A DNA stretch of 64,000 bases, taken from the NCBI RefSeq assembly GCF_036321535.1, contig NC_087436.1, forward strand, positions 67,396,001 through 67,460,000. Direction: 5' to 3'. A program made the position numbers and the translations under genes. The notes under the pieces were generated by a model. It was given only the letters and a program-made list of their open reading frames with translations, searched no databases and was not told the origin of the DNA. Origin of the DNA: Camelus dromedarius (taxonomy: Eukaryota). Positions 50,926 through 64,000 of the stretch are shown piece by piece. Positions within the stretch are counted from its first letter, which is position 1; each line of letters begins with the position of its first letter.

Positions 50926-53441
50926 CTGTTTTATAATGAGAAGTTATGTACAATAAATTATTCGTAAAGATATTTAGGCTTAAAACTTCTCTGAGAGAAG
51001 AGCCAAAATAAAACATTTTCTATATTAACTATTCATCTTACAGTACAATTTAAATGTGCTTTTTGTATGTTATGTTTATTTTAGCGGAGATACGCAAGAA
51101 TCTTAGCAATTTAACAATATATTTATAAAGAATCAAAGGAAAATGCAGACTTTAGTTACAAATATAATTATATATGATTCATTTTATTTTCAAAGGTCAT
51201 TGAAATATTGTGATAAATAATGTGATTTTCTACATTTGGGTCCCAAGATTTATTTTGATATGTTTCAAAATCATACATATCATGCATGTACTGAAGGCTT
51301 GATGTGTGATGAATATGTCTATTTATTAATGTCTGGATAAACAATTAAAAACCTGTTTCTAAACTCTTATTAACAATAACCAAAATAATTCCTTCAGACA
51401 AGAGGCAAAAGCAAACCTGTAACTTGTTCAGTTTATCATATTTTTATTTTACAGAATTATTGAACTTCAGCTTTTTTTTAGAAAAGTATGGAAACCACAA
51501 AAATGTACATTCTGACCCAAATGCACTTCATCTTGAAGACTTCCTAGGAATATTAAGAAAGCAGGCCATGCCACACATACATACATAGTCTTGAGCTAGC
51601 TAGCTTTATTACAGAAATCCCATTTAGAGATTTTAGATCTGTGAGAGCTGAAAACCAACATTAAGTCCACTGAGATTGGTCAAGGAAGACTGCATGACAA
51701 AACATGGCTGGGAACTTACTAGGTTCCTCCTGAAGTCTCTCATCTACCCACTTAGGTGAGGACCAGATAGTTTTTATGTGACAGTCTTTTGAAAGACTGG
51801 TGTCCTGCACCTGCAAGTTCTCATTTTGTACACACTGTTTGGCCATAGCAATGGCAGCATTCTCAGATGTGTCTAGGGGGCTGCAGTTCTAACTACCACA
51901 GACGAACACAGCAAAGTCATCAGGGAGGAGGATGAGTCATAAGTTCTTGGGTGATGTCATTTCACAGAGTCTATGTCAGAGCCAGACCCAACTCTGAAGA
52001 GGGAAATTCTTGTCCTCTTTCTTCTTTTCTTTCAGGACACATGTTTGAATGGAGTAACTTGAATATCCTGGGGAGGGGGAGACATTTTTCTCTCCCTGAG
52101 GCCTGGGCATTAAAATCATGAGATACTGATCAAAACTATAGAGATGAGAACTGTAGGCTGGCACAAGAAAGTCCTGGAGAAAATATTAAGAAGGAACAAT
52201 ATTACAGCCATTAGGTATGGAAAGCAGGAGACCCCAGTGCCTTTGATAAATAAGGAAAGATAATTTTCAAGAAAATTAAAATTAGTTTATTTGAGGATTG
52301 AACCGAAAAGTCATGGCCTAAACTGGGGAATATTTTATACTTGATACCAAATTAATTGGACCTGAGATCCATATAAACATCTTCCAATTCCTTTGGAATA
52401 TCAGAGAGTAAAATAAAAAATATCATTGTCCCATGAGAAGGCCAACAATAGAAACCTAAAGAACATCCTAAATGAATAGCCTTTATATTGGGGAAGACAA
52501 AAGCAGATCCAGAAGTAATATTGTGGATCTCTAGGCAGAGAAGTCCCAAAACACAGTTTATCAGGAGCAGGGCCTAGAGGAGAACATACAGGCTTCAGAT
52601 GAGTATGTCCACTTATGCCTGTGGACTCTTTGCCCCTGTGGATATAGACAAAGAGCCTTGGCAAGTGTTCTGCAGTCCCGGGCCCAGATCAGGGACCCCA
52701 GTTACCTGGGTCTAAGAGATATTGAAAAGATTCTGAGAAGTATTGTTAAATACATGGACATATTGTATAAAAAAACACCTATCAAGATGTTTTCATTTTA
52801 CCATTTTTACCATTTCACTATGTAATCTGTGCCACTTTCTAGGCAATGATAAAAATATCAGCAAGGTAGAACATAATCTGTTTTCTACTACTGTAAGTAG
52901 GTAACTTCTCAAATGTAAAAGAGTTCTGTAAGTCTATGTATTAAGATACTTATTTGTTTTTTCTGTTAACAGTTACTCTGTTTCAAATGTTGAGCTAGAT
53001 ACTAGACAACAGAAATATACCATAGTTACTTCCTTCAAGAAATTTTAAGCCTGTGGGAGAGATATAAGAGGAAACAAATAAGTGCATTGAAGAGGTTTGC
53101 TTTAAAAACCAATGAGCACAAAGACCACCATTTGTAGTCTAATGACAGGGTGAGGGAAGATTTCTCTTTCTCTTGAGGAGTTCTGTTTTAGCTCAAAGTA
53201 CATGTTAGCCAAGCAGACTCTGGGAGAAGGAAAGACGAAAATTATTTTTGGCACCCAATGACCAACATGTAAAGACAGAAAATATAGTATTGCTAATCTA
53301 AGTTAATATATTTCGTATGAGAGATCACGTTGTTATATGAAATATATGGCTCTCTTCCATGCTCAGCCTTAATCATTTGATTTGTTTCACCACCTACCTG
53401 AAAGTTTTGAAATTCTTAGAGAAGCCTGGTTTCCCACATCC

Positions 53442-53468
53442 TGTGTGTGTGTGTATGTGTGTGTGTGT

Positions 53469-53517
<49 letters not shown>

Positions 53518-53518
53518 T

Positions 53519-53544
<26 letters not shown>
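53442..53544. repeat. Compound (TG)n(GA)n microsatellite
   Basis: ~100 bp, directly visible. Confidence 0.97.
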
Positions 53545-53549
<5 letters not shown>

Positions 53550-54050
53550 TTTAATTTACCAGAGGTTTATAAGAACCACTTTTCAATGGATGGGTGAAAC
53601 AAGGTGCAACACTGAAGGACAACCATTATGAATCTTTTAAATGGAAACAGGAGTACAATTTTTTTTAATAAAGTTCGCTTTAGTAAGGACCCAAAGGGAT
53701 AATAATAGATTCACTACCCCAGCCCATTATTTGCTCTAGGATTTCTTCATTTCCAATAATATTTCACCTCTTACTAAAAGAATTCCACAAATGGAATCTG
53801 AAGAGAACTTAAAGTCCATTGTAAGTAAATGTATTCTATAGTTTCTCCTTTCTGACAGTTAAATGTTTGTCATAGATAACACTAAGCAGAGAGTGAGGCA
53901 GTTAGTGTGTGATAGGGAATTCTTTTTTCTATATATAACAAAAACTTTGAAGATGAACTATTAGTACTAAATAATGGTCATTATTTCGTGTTTAACTTTT
54001 AGTAATGTGCTTTACATATGTACTCCAAATAATGTATATCTGGAAAATCT

Positions 54051-56683
54051 CTTATTTTTATACTTTTATTGAGGTAAAATTGACATGTAGCATTATATTA
54101 GTTTCAGGTATACAACATAATGATTCAATATTTGTATATATTGCAAAATGATCACTGATAAATCTAGTTGATATCTGTCACCATACATGTTTATAAGTTT
54201 TTTTCCTGTGATATGAACTTTTAAGATTTACTCTTACCAACTTTCAGATATACAATACAGTATTATTAATTATAGTCACATGCTGTAATTATATCCTCAT
54301 GACTTATTTTGTAACTAAGTTTGTACCTTTTGATCCCCTTCACCCATTTCACCTACAACCCGGCTCACACCTTTGGCAACCATAAATCTGTTCTTTGTAT
54401 GATTCAGATTTTTAAGTTTCCATATAGAAGTAAGATTCTATGGTATTTGTCTTTCTCAGTCTGACTTATTTTACTTAGCATAATGCTCTCAAGGTCCATC
54501 CATGTCTTGCCACAATTTGCAAGATTTACTTCACTTTTATGGCTGAATGGTATTTCATTGTATAAATGTGTATATGTGTATGTATATACATATACGTGTG
54601 TGTGTGTGTGTGTGTATTACACACACCACATTTTCTTTACTCTGTTCATTCATTGGTAGACAGTAAGGTTGTTTACATATCTTAACTACTGTAAACAATG
54701 CTGCAGTGAACATGGGGGTGCAAACATCAGAAAGAGTTAGTGTTTTCATTTCCTTCAGATAAATAACCTGAAGTGGAATTGCTGGATTATATTGTAGTTC
54801 TCTTTTTAATTTTTTGAGGAATGTCTACACTGTTTTCTGTAGTGGCTGCACCAGTTTGCATTCCCATTAACAGTACACAAGGGTTCAATTTACAACATCA
54901 CCAACACTTGTCATTTCTTGTCTTTTTGATACAAACCATTATAAAAGGTATGAGTTGATATCTCATTGTGGTTTTGATTTGTGTTTTCCTAATGATTAGT
55001 AATGTGGAGCACCTTCTCATGTACCTGTTGGCCATCTGTATATCTTTGGAAATATATATGTTTAGATCCTCTGCCCATTTTTTAAATTGGATTGTTTTTT
55101 GTGATGTTGAGTTCTGTGAGTTCTTTATGTATTTTCTATATTAATCCTTTATCTGATATGATTTGCAAATGTTTTCTCCAGTTCCACAGATTGCTTTTTC
55201 ATTTTGTTGATGATTTCCTTTGCTGTGAAGATTTTTCATTTGACATAGTTCCATGTATTTATTTTTGCTTTTGTTGCCTTTACTTTTGGTATCAGATCAA
55301 AAATATCATTGCCAAGACCAATGTCAAAGAGTTTACCACCTGTGTTTTCTTCAAGGCTTGCATTCAAGTATTTAATCCATTTTGATCAAATGTATGTGTA
55401 TGGTATAAAGATAGTGGTGGATTCCCTCCTTTTGCATGTGGCTGTCCAGTTTTCCTAGAATCATTTATTGAATAAACTATCATGTATCCATTGTATATTC
55501 TAAGCATCTTTGTCATAAACTAATTTACTGTGCATATGTGGGGTTATTTCTGGACTCTCTGTTCTGTTCCATTTATCTGTGTGTGTGTTTATATGCCAAT
55601 ATCATACTGCTTTGATGACTATAGCTTTGTAATATAGTTTGAAATCAGGGAGCGAGATACCTCCAGCTTTTTTCTTTTTTGGCAGAATTGCTTTTAATAT
55701 TCAGATTTTTTGTGGTTCCATACAGCTTTTAATATTGATCTATTTTTGTGAAAGATGATATTGATATTTTTAGAGGGATTGTGTTGAATCTGTGTATTGC
55801 TTTAGATAGTATGGACATTTTAATAATATAAATTCTAATCTATGAGTACTAAATATCTTTGCATTTATTTGTATCTTTTTCAATTTCTCTTATCAATGTT
55901 GTATAGTTGACAGGTCTCTCACCTTTTTGGTTAAGTTTATTCCTATCTATTTATTCTCTTTGATACAACTGTAAATTGTGTTTTTAAATTGATCTTTCTG
56001 ATATGTGTTATTAGTGCATAGAAACCGAAAAATTACTGCATATTGATTTTTGTATTCTTCCAATGTACTGAATTTTTTAAATATAAAAATTTTTGGTGGC
56101 CTCTTTAGGGTTTTCTTTATAAAATATTATGTCATCTGCAGATAGTGACAATTTTATGTCTTCCTTTCCAATCTGGGTGACTTTAATTTCTTTATGTTGC
56201 CTAATTGCTCTGGTTAGGACTCTCACTACTATGTTGAATAAAAGTGACAAGAGTAGGCATTCTTGTTGTCTTCCTGATCTTAGAGAAAATGCTTTCTTCA
56301 CCATTGAGTGTGATGTTAGCTATGGGCTAGTCATATATGGCTTTTCTTATGTTGAGATGCATTCTTTCTATACCCGCTTCATTGAGTTTTTATCATGAAT
56401 GAATGTTGAATTTTGTCAAATGCTTTTTCTGCATATATCGAGATGATTATGTAATTATTATCCTTCGTTTTGTTAACATGGTGTTTCATATTGATTGTTT
56501 TGCAGATGTTGAACTATCTTTGTATCCCTGAAATAAATCCCATTTGATTCTCTTAATATATTGTTGAATTCAGTTTCCTAATACTTGAGGATTTTTTGCA
56601 TCTATGTTTATCAGGGATATTGGTCTATAATTTTTTTCCTTGTGGCTTCTTTGTCAGATTTTAGTGTCAGTGTAATGCTGGAC
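54051..56683 (-). mobile_element. 5'-truncated L1 (~2.6 kb, L1MA-like)
   Basis: Minus-strand ORFs CTPMFTAALFT and LLFNIVV..IKLSLSADDII (RT). TSD CT[G/A]GAAAATCT (54040-54050 / 56684-56694). Confidence 0.93.
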
Positions 56684-56879
56684 CTAGAAAATCTTGAAAT
56701 AATCAATATTCATAGAATTTTGTAAAGAAGACAGGGAAAGGTATTGTTTCTTGAGGAAAAGTAAACCCTTTGTCAGAAATTACAGGTAAACTGTATGGAC
56801 TTAACATCTTCTGCTGTTAATTTAGGATTAATTTAGAGTTAGAGACTGGCAGACATTCTTCTGTTTTACAGATATTAAT

Positions 56880-57030
56880 ATATTTGAAACTCACACCAGT
56901 ACTCTATTAGCCTAATTTACAGGGAATTGTAGAACAGATAGATTCCATAATAAAAACACGTCCAGAGTCATACAATTAACGAGTAAAGGAACAAGCATTC
57001 TAACACATAGAATTCAGTTACCACTGTTGC
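56880..57030 (-). mobile_element. MIR fragment
   Basis: GAAACTCACA..CTATTAGCCTAATTTACAG..GTCCAGAGTCATACAATTAA. Confidence 0.45.
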
Positions 57031-59819
57031 CATCTTTTTGAAGCATTAACCACAAGTAATGATCAGATAGTTTAAACCCATAGTTTTGGAGCTCAACCAC
57101 AATGCTTTATGTCACCTCGTTAAATGATCTAAACACCTTGAGGTTTGTTGAAAATACATTAATTATATAATGAGCCTGTCCATAATCACTAGAAAGAATT
57201 AATTTTTCAGTATAACTGAATAGAGTGAAATGGGTCCTTTAATAGTGAAATGTGCCTTTGCACTTCCTTAGGTGATCTACTCCATAGCATTGTGCTTGCC
57301 ACGTGCTTTTTCTGATATATACCATTATTTTATTCATGATTATAAGGATTTTAGAAGTGATATCTATGTGCTGAAAAGGTGAAAGTCAAAAACTCTTACA
57401 CATTTTGGATCCCTTATCTGATGGTAAATCTTTATAAATCATTATTTTTTGAGTGCCTGCTGTGTTGTAGACAGCGATTATCAAAAACCCAAATGTATTT
57501 CTACCTACAAGGACTTGTGCTCTAACTAGAGAGCAGTCCTATGCTCCTGAAGAATTTTTTAAAAATATCTTGGTATCCCAACTGTTGGTCTCCTCCCTGT
57601 CCTCTCCCAGTTTTGTGGCATGCATATGTTCTTTATTGCTTAAGAACTTAACTGCATGACTCTTTACTCTGTTTCCGATGTAATACTTTCTTCAGTCTTA
57701 TCATTGTCAATCCTTTAAGAGGATAAACAGATGCTTCATCTCCTAAAATGGATGGGGTCCAAACAAGTATATATCACTGAACACTGATAGGACAAATGAC
57801 AATGTGTCAAGGAGCTCAAACATCTGTATCTCTGTCTACATCAGTATCTATGTCTATATTCCTCTATGTACATGTACATTTATATCCATATTATCCATGT
57901 GTTACAGGCTGAGTGAAAAATGGGCAGTGAGAAGAGATTGATATCACAAAAAAAGATTTTTATAGAAAAAAGCTATTTATTGATTATACTTTTATGTCTT
58001 TTATAAGATGTGTATGAAAAGCATTAAGTTGGTAATAGGAACAGTATTGAGATTTATTGTTTATACTAAACCTCACCCAGTACAATGTCAGTCCTCTCCT
58101 ACAGTTTCCTTGTTTCATAGCATGTGAACTTCTAGGCGTATTATTTATTATTTTTTATTATTATGTGTCTGTATTTGCCAGAATGTAAATACCACCATCA
58201 GATTATTGCTTTGTTTGGTAATATCCTTAGCTCTCAGTAAATATATGTGGAAATAAATTGGACTTCTATGATGTGATTCCTCCTCTGAAGGATTTTGCAC
58301 TGTAGTTGGAAATCCAGGAAAGCTTGTGAGGGGTATTTCAAAAGAGTGAATCAGAATCATTTCAGGAAGGATAGGAAGGCCAATAATATGAAATGTAACT
58401 GAGGGATCAAAGCATATGTGGAGTAAAATATGTTTCTGGTTTTAGGATTAAACCATTTGGACACGTTTTAAAGCAGAACAGAATCAAAGTTTGTTTTTTT
58501 CATAATTTTTTAAAACATTGTTGCAAATTTGGTAGACTCAGGGTTTTAAAAAGCTGATGAGAAATACCCAGGTCCAGTAGAGTAAGAATTAGTGTGTGAT
58601 GAGTCATGTGAGAAATAGGATGTAACGCTTGTTCAGGTGAAAAATAAAAGGGTTTATGAAGATAGGGGAAAAGGACAGAGTGCGGTGACACTGAGCAATG
58701 TATACTTGGGGGCCACTATGTTAACTGTTGAGAAGAATGCAATGCATTCACCAAGGACAAAGATGGAGGTTCATATCTTTCACCTAGGAGAAACAGTATA
58801 TTCCTACATCTGTTTAGTGGGGTTCTGTGTTCTTTAGGCTATACATAGTCAAAGAGAAAATTCAATGATAAAAAAAAGACATAAAAACTAATCAGCAATA
58901 ATTTTAAAAATAGATAAACTTTACTGGGCTTCATTTCCCACTTCACAAAAGAAACTCTACACACTAGTGACTCTGCCAAGATTTTAACATTCAGTAATAT
59001 CCCACTAGTGCACACTAAAGAAAATGGAAAGCAAATGCCATGCCAAGATTAGACATTAGGAGTTCTGTCTGCTTTTCCAGCTCTCATCACACTCAGACAC
59101 CAGGGACCGAAACAACATCATTTTAAACTTAAAAGTAAATTTTGTCACGTGAAAATTGCAGATGAAATAAATCCTAGATAAGCATGCCCTTTTCTCTCAG
59201 GGAAAAAAAAAAAGTAAACTGGATTATAAGGATCAAATTGCTCCACTGCTTTAAGACATTTTCAAATATTCAGTTACGCACTATGCATTTCAAACTTATG
59301 CATTCTTATTACACTCCTGTTTTTGTCGTGTACTAATGCTAGATAAACAGATCCTCTGCAAAATAAACTCTACTTAAGAGATGTTAAGGTTAGGGTGCAT
59401 GCTTGTGAAAGCCAGCAAATGCAAATTAAAGCTGCTTATTCTTGCTTTGACTACAAGAAAACACATTCTCAAATGCAGGGAAAGGGATCAAAATTGAAAG
59501 TTGGCATGCCTAGAAATTTTGTCTATTTCTCTCAGTTTTGCAAAAATTAGGTATTTCAAGTTCAGATGTTTGAATTGTTTTAGTGAAAAAAGTCTAGTTC
59601 TAAAAAGTATAAAAATCAGTAGCAGAGAAATGCAGGACAGTGTATATATTACATGTTTAAATTAAAAATCACCTAAGTAGCCACTATTTTTCTGCCCTTT
59701 GAAAATGATTTATACTTCAAAAAATTATAAGAGGACAGTAGTGACAAATATTTCTACTTTATGTTTATAGTTCCCTAAAAATTATGGAAGTGTGACTCAA
59801 CCTATTGGGGGCGGGAGAA

Positions 59820-60490
59820 CTGGTTACTGAGATTTAATCCATTGACCATTAAATTTATCCATTTGAAATCTATAACTCGGTGTATTTAGTATTAATTTAG
59901 TATTCAGTTTAATATTAGAATTTAGTTTATTCATAGAATTATGCAACTGTCATCATTCAAAATATTTTCATTTAATTCAAAATATTTTTATCACCCCAAC
60001 ACCAAACACTGTATCCTTTTAACTATCACCTCCCAGCCCTTGGTAACCAACAACTAGTCTAATTTTCATCTTCACAGTTTTCCTACTTCTGGACATTCAT
60101 TATCAATAAAATCATATAATATGTGGTATTTGGGACTGGCTTATTTCTTTTAGTGTATTTTCAAGGTTATTTATGTTGTAGCATGTATCAGTACTTTATT
60201 TTTATGGCTGAATGGCAATCTAGTACGTGGATAAACCACATTTTGTTTATCCATTTATCAGTTGATGGGTATTGGGCTTTTTTCACCTTTTGTGTATTCT
60301 GAATAATGTTGCTATGAACATTGGCATACAAATTTTTGTGGAGGCATGTTTTTATTTCTCCTATGTATATACTGGGCCAAACGATGAGTCTATATTTAAT
60401 ACTGTTTTACTAAGTGTCTTTTTTTTATACCGTTCTTAAAAATTGTCTTTTAAAAAGTTTACATTCCCACCAGCAGTGTATGAGAGGACC
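59820..60490 (-). mobile_element. Old L1 3' UTR fragment (L1MA/MB-like)
   Basis: CCCAGCCCTTGGTAACCA, ATCCATTTATCAGTTGATGG, TTACATTCCCACCAGCAGTGTATGAG. Confidence 0.85.
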
Positions 60491-60499
60491 AATCTCTCC

Positions 60500-61695
60500 A
60501 CATGCTTCTTACTATCTCTGTAGATTAATAGTTTCCATCAAACTTCAAAAGAAATAAGCCATTATTTTTTGAATACTTTTTTTTCACTCCTCTCTTTCTG
60601 GCTCTCCCATTAAGTACATGTTGGCCCTACACTTAATGGGGTCCCACGTTTCTCTGAGGCTTCATTCTTTTTTCTTCAATCCTTTCTCTCTGTTCTTCAG
60701 ATTGCATAATCTCCATCAATCTATCTTCAGGTTCACTAATTCTTTCTCTGTACAATTCAAATCTACTATTGAGCCCCTCTGGTGACTTTTGGGTTTTGTT
60801 TTTTTTTCCCACTTTATTTACCTTTGAATTCCAGTATTTCCATTTGGTTCTTCTTTTTTTCTTTCAATAATTTCCATCTCTTTTGAATTGATATTCTCTA
60901 TTCAGTAAGACTTTATCATCATTTCGTCTTTTGCTTTTAACAATTTCCTGTACTTCTTTGAAAATATTTACAATGGCTCCTTTGAAGTCTTTGTTAAATC
61001 TGACTTCTGGTTACTCTCACAGGCAGGGCTTTTGTTTTTGTTTTTGTTTCTTCCTATGTCAGAAATTCCTGTTTCTTTGCATGCCTTATAAATATTTGTT
61101 GTTGAAAACTAGATATTTTAGAAAATATATTTTAGCAAACCTAAGTATTAGTCCCCTTCTACCCAGGGCTTGTTATTGTTGTTTGCTTGCTTGTTTGTTT
61201 AGTGACTGGCTGGATTAATTAGTGCAGTCTATTTCCGCAACAGTGTGGAGACTCTAATGTTGTTCCCTAGGGGTGTAGACTTGAACATGCACAGTCACCA
61301 TGGGATAACAGTGATTTTCTCTTAGACTAACCTGCCTCTTGGCTGTGAATTTAGGTCTGTAACAGGTAACTAGGAGACATAATGTGAAATATTGATGCCC
61401 CACTCTTGACTGGGAACTGGGGATAGAGGAAGCCCTGTGTTTCTGGCTTCTCCTACCTAGGGTGGAGTTTCCATCAAAATGAGCTGGGGGAAAAGAGGGA
61501 GAGAGAAGGCTGTGGTTCAGATGCCCAGTAAAACTGCAGTGTTAGTAGATCTTCTTGAATAAGTATTTCCTTATTTATTGTCTATTATTAGGACCATTTC
61601 AAGAGATTACTTCTTTAAAATAATTTCACCAGTTTTTATGGAGAGTGGATCCACAGAGCTCCTCATGTAGACATTCTGAAAGTGGAAACCTCAAC
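60500..61695 (-). mobile_element. Old L1 ORF1/5' region fragment
   Basis: ATCTTCAGGTTCACTAATTCTTTC..CTATTGAGCCCCTCT and CCTTTGAAGTCTTTGT, the antisense L1M ORF1 signature. Confidence 0.65.
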
Positions 61696-61999
61696 CTTTC
61701 TTTTTAGGAATGCAAATCTTTTCACACTTTAGTGTGTCAAATTATTAGAGATTTCCAATGACCTTTCTAAGGCTCAAAAAGACTAATCCCTATTTTGGAG
61801 TCTAACTGATTATCACAGGTAGGTAACATATCCAAAGCTATAAGGTAACCAAAAGGAAGAACACTTAAGCCCTGGAATTGCTGGATTCTTTCTAGTAATA
61901 ATAGTAACAACTTTTACAAGCATGTTGCTTTTCAAAGCCCAGCACAGTGTTTTAAATGAATCTTGACAGTAAACTTTTGAGATGGTTATTATAATTCTT

Positions 62000-62540
62000 G
62001 TTTAACAGGTGGGAAAACGTTGGCGATAACTGACCGAGTTTCTCCCTCACATCCGTCCTTGCCTCCCCCTGTCCTCTCCTGCATTGCTAAGGCTGACCTA
62101 AAGAACACATTCCCACACTCCACTGTCGCCTGGGTTCTGGATGGGATCAGGCAATGGGGCAATACTGGGAGGGTAGAGGAGAGAGACAATCCAAGTTATT
62201 TCTGCCCCCCTCCTTCTTTGCCACTCCTTTCTCTCCTTCCATTTCCACCATCTGCTACATCTTATATTTCCAACTGCCACTGAACAGGACGGCTCTATTG
62301 TTGCATTACCTGAGTGGTCTGTACTCTGCACTCTAGTAGCACTACTCCCTCCCTTGGACCTTCTGGTCTTGGATTTCTGGTAATTTTATGTTCAGATTCA
62401 TTGCAGGGTACCTTACTTTCCCCTTTCTGGCTTCATGTCTCCCTCATCATGCATGTAGCCACATTTGCAGATTTAAAACCTCATTGTTTTAAATATTCAA
62501 GTGGTTTCTGCTATGGGTTAAGTTCTTATTGAAACAATTA
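62000..62540 (+). mobile_element. ERVL LTR fragment, LTR33-like
   Basis: CCTGGGTTCTGG..GGCAATGGGGCAATACTGGGAGGGTAGAGGAGAGAGA..TATTTCTGCCCC. Confidence 0.55.
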
Positions 62541-62842
62541 CTTAGATGTTAGGTGGTAAAAATTAAACTTGAACCCAGAGGATCTGAATCTAATCCAAGG
62601 CTGTTTCTATTTCTATACCAGAGTAGCCATTCAGACTCAATTTAACCTTGATCATGATCAGGAAGGGGGCTTTCCGTTTAATATAGAGAGATATAAAAAA
62701 TTCCACTTTGTGGAATGACAATTAGAAGTTTGTATGCTATAAGTATAATGAATGTTACTCATTGTTCTGTGATTATTCTAGAGATATTACTAAATCTTGT
62801 CAAACATTTTCTTTATAGTTATCAACTAAAAATAATCATGAG

Positions 62843-63155
62843 ATGTCTGTGAGGTCTTTCTACATTTTGTAGATAAGTTCATTTGTGTCTTTTTTTTTTT
62901 TTTTTTAGATTCCACAAGTAAGCCATATCATATGGTGTTTTTCTTTCTCTTTCTGACTTACTTGACTTAGAATGACAGGTAAAAGAAGTGGGAAGGGATA
63001 GATTGGAAATTTGAAATCTGCACATCTTGGGGAGTAATGGAATTGTTAGCTGTCTTGTGGTAGTTTCACTGGTGTATACGTCTATCAAAATTCATCAAAT
63101 TATACGTCTGAAATATGTATAGTTTACTGTACAAGAATCATACCACAATAAAGGT
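62843..63155. mobile_element. Composite L1: inverted young 3' UTR, short sense piece, older L1 3' end
   Basis: 62843-62977 is antisense young UTR; 62978-63025 is its sense continuation; 63026-63155 is an older L1M-type end finishing in AATAAAG. Confidence 0.7.
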
Positions 63156-64000
63156 GTTAAACATAATTAATGAGATACTCTATCCAATATTTATATCTGA
63201 TAGAATATTACTTAGTAAAATGTCAGATCAAAAGTATTTAGATGCCTTGTTGCTATGTAACTTCTGATTTGTTTCAAACAGGTTGGTAAATGACTGTTTT
63301 TAAAACTCATTATGACAATTCATACATAGGATATGGAATATCATAGCTCATGAGGAAAAAAACTATTTAGAATCACTAAATGCCAGTGTTCTCTATTCAA
63401 CGTGAAATATATATTTAGTATGTATTAATAGTACTTATTTAAAAGTTTAAAGTATCAGATTGTATTTACTCACTTAAAATGTACATCTTATTTTTTACCA
63501 TGTTAACTTTTAAGAAATAAATTACTCTTTATATTTGGTAATACATTATTTTCCTTTTGTCTTTTCTGATTAACATTTGATAGAGGACTGTCAAGAAACA
63601 GAAAATCTGGAGATACATAGATAAATATGCTTATATATCTACATAGTTTTACATATGTGTATCCCAGCCTTTCTACTGTATATATATATATATAATATAT
63701 TTATTTCTACTCTTCATATATTTATATGCACACTTTCAGTTAATTCCTGAATATTATGTCATTTTAAAAAAAGATTATAGTGCAGATGACTACTTTAAGC
63801 TAATTTTACCTTTTGTTTTCTATTTTTTTTGTAGCTTGAATGGTATGCATTTTATTTTTATGTTCTACTTGTACCTTTCTCTTAAATGGGGTATCAGTTG
63901 GGTTCTAATAGGACAATCACAAAGGAAGCCATTACCCGAGTTGCCCATAATCTGTCTTTCTTTTCCTTATTGAGTAGTATATAATTTATGTTGTTTAAAG

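Noticed and set aside
5744..59800. About eight TGASTCA (AP-1) sites across the window
   Set aside because: Roughly the number expected by chance in 64 kb.
14549..63587. Shared GATTAACATTTGAT..GAGGA on opposite strands at ~14.55 kb and ~63.57 kb
   Set aside because: Short AT-rich matches of this length are expected by chance.
1..64000. Prokaryotic-type systems (CRISPR arrays, operons, defence islands)
   Set aside because: The DNA is mammalian and repeat-rich, with no regularly spaced repeats and no ORF longer than 156 aa.

Overview
AT-rich, CpG-poor mammalian genomic DNA, most likely camelid. The lineage call rests on a tRNA-Ala(AGC)-derived SINE of the Vic-1 type at ~21.4 kb and on artiodactyl-type L1 3' UTRs. 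I could not support any protein-coding gene, RNA gene or CRISPR array. The recognisable ORFs in the track are decayed LINE-1 ORF2 or ERVL pol pieces (or their antisense frames); the rest look like chance ORFs. Roughly half the window is transposable-element debris: ERVL/LTR16-type proviral remnants, MaLR, MLT2, LTR33 and ERV1 LTRs, L1 copies of several ages, L2, MIR, a probable L4/RTE-X relic and DNA-transposon MITEs (MER3, MER47/Tigger5, MER53, Tigger-like). Subfamily names are from memory of consensus sequences and boundaries are approximate. The best observations are mechanistic: nested L1s with readable target-site duplications (TSDs), a probable short 3' transduction, a TSD-flanked tail-less L1 fragment, a fold-back inside the SINE, a 5'-inverted chimeric L1, a double hairpin in an ancient LINE tail, and an antisense L1 bias suggesting an intron of a + strand gene. 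I did not find evidence for a novel biological system.
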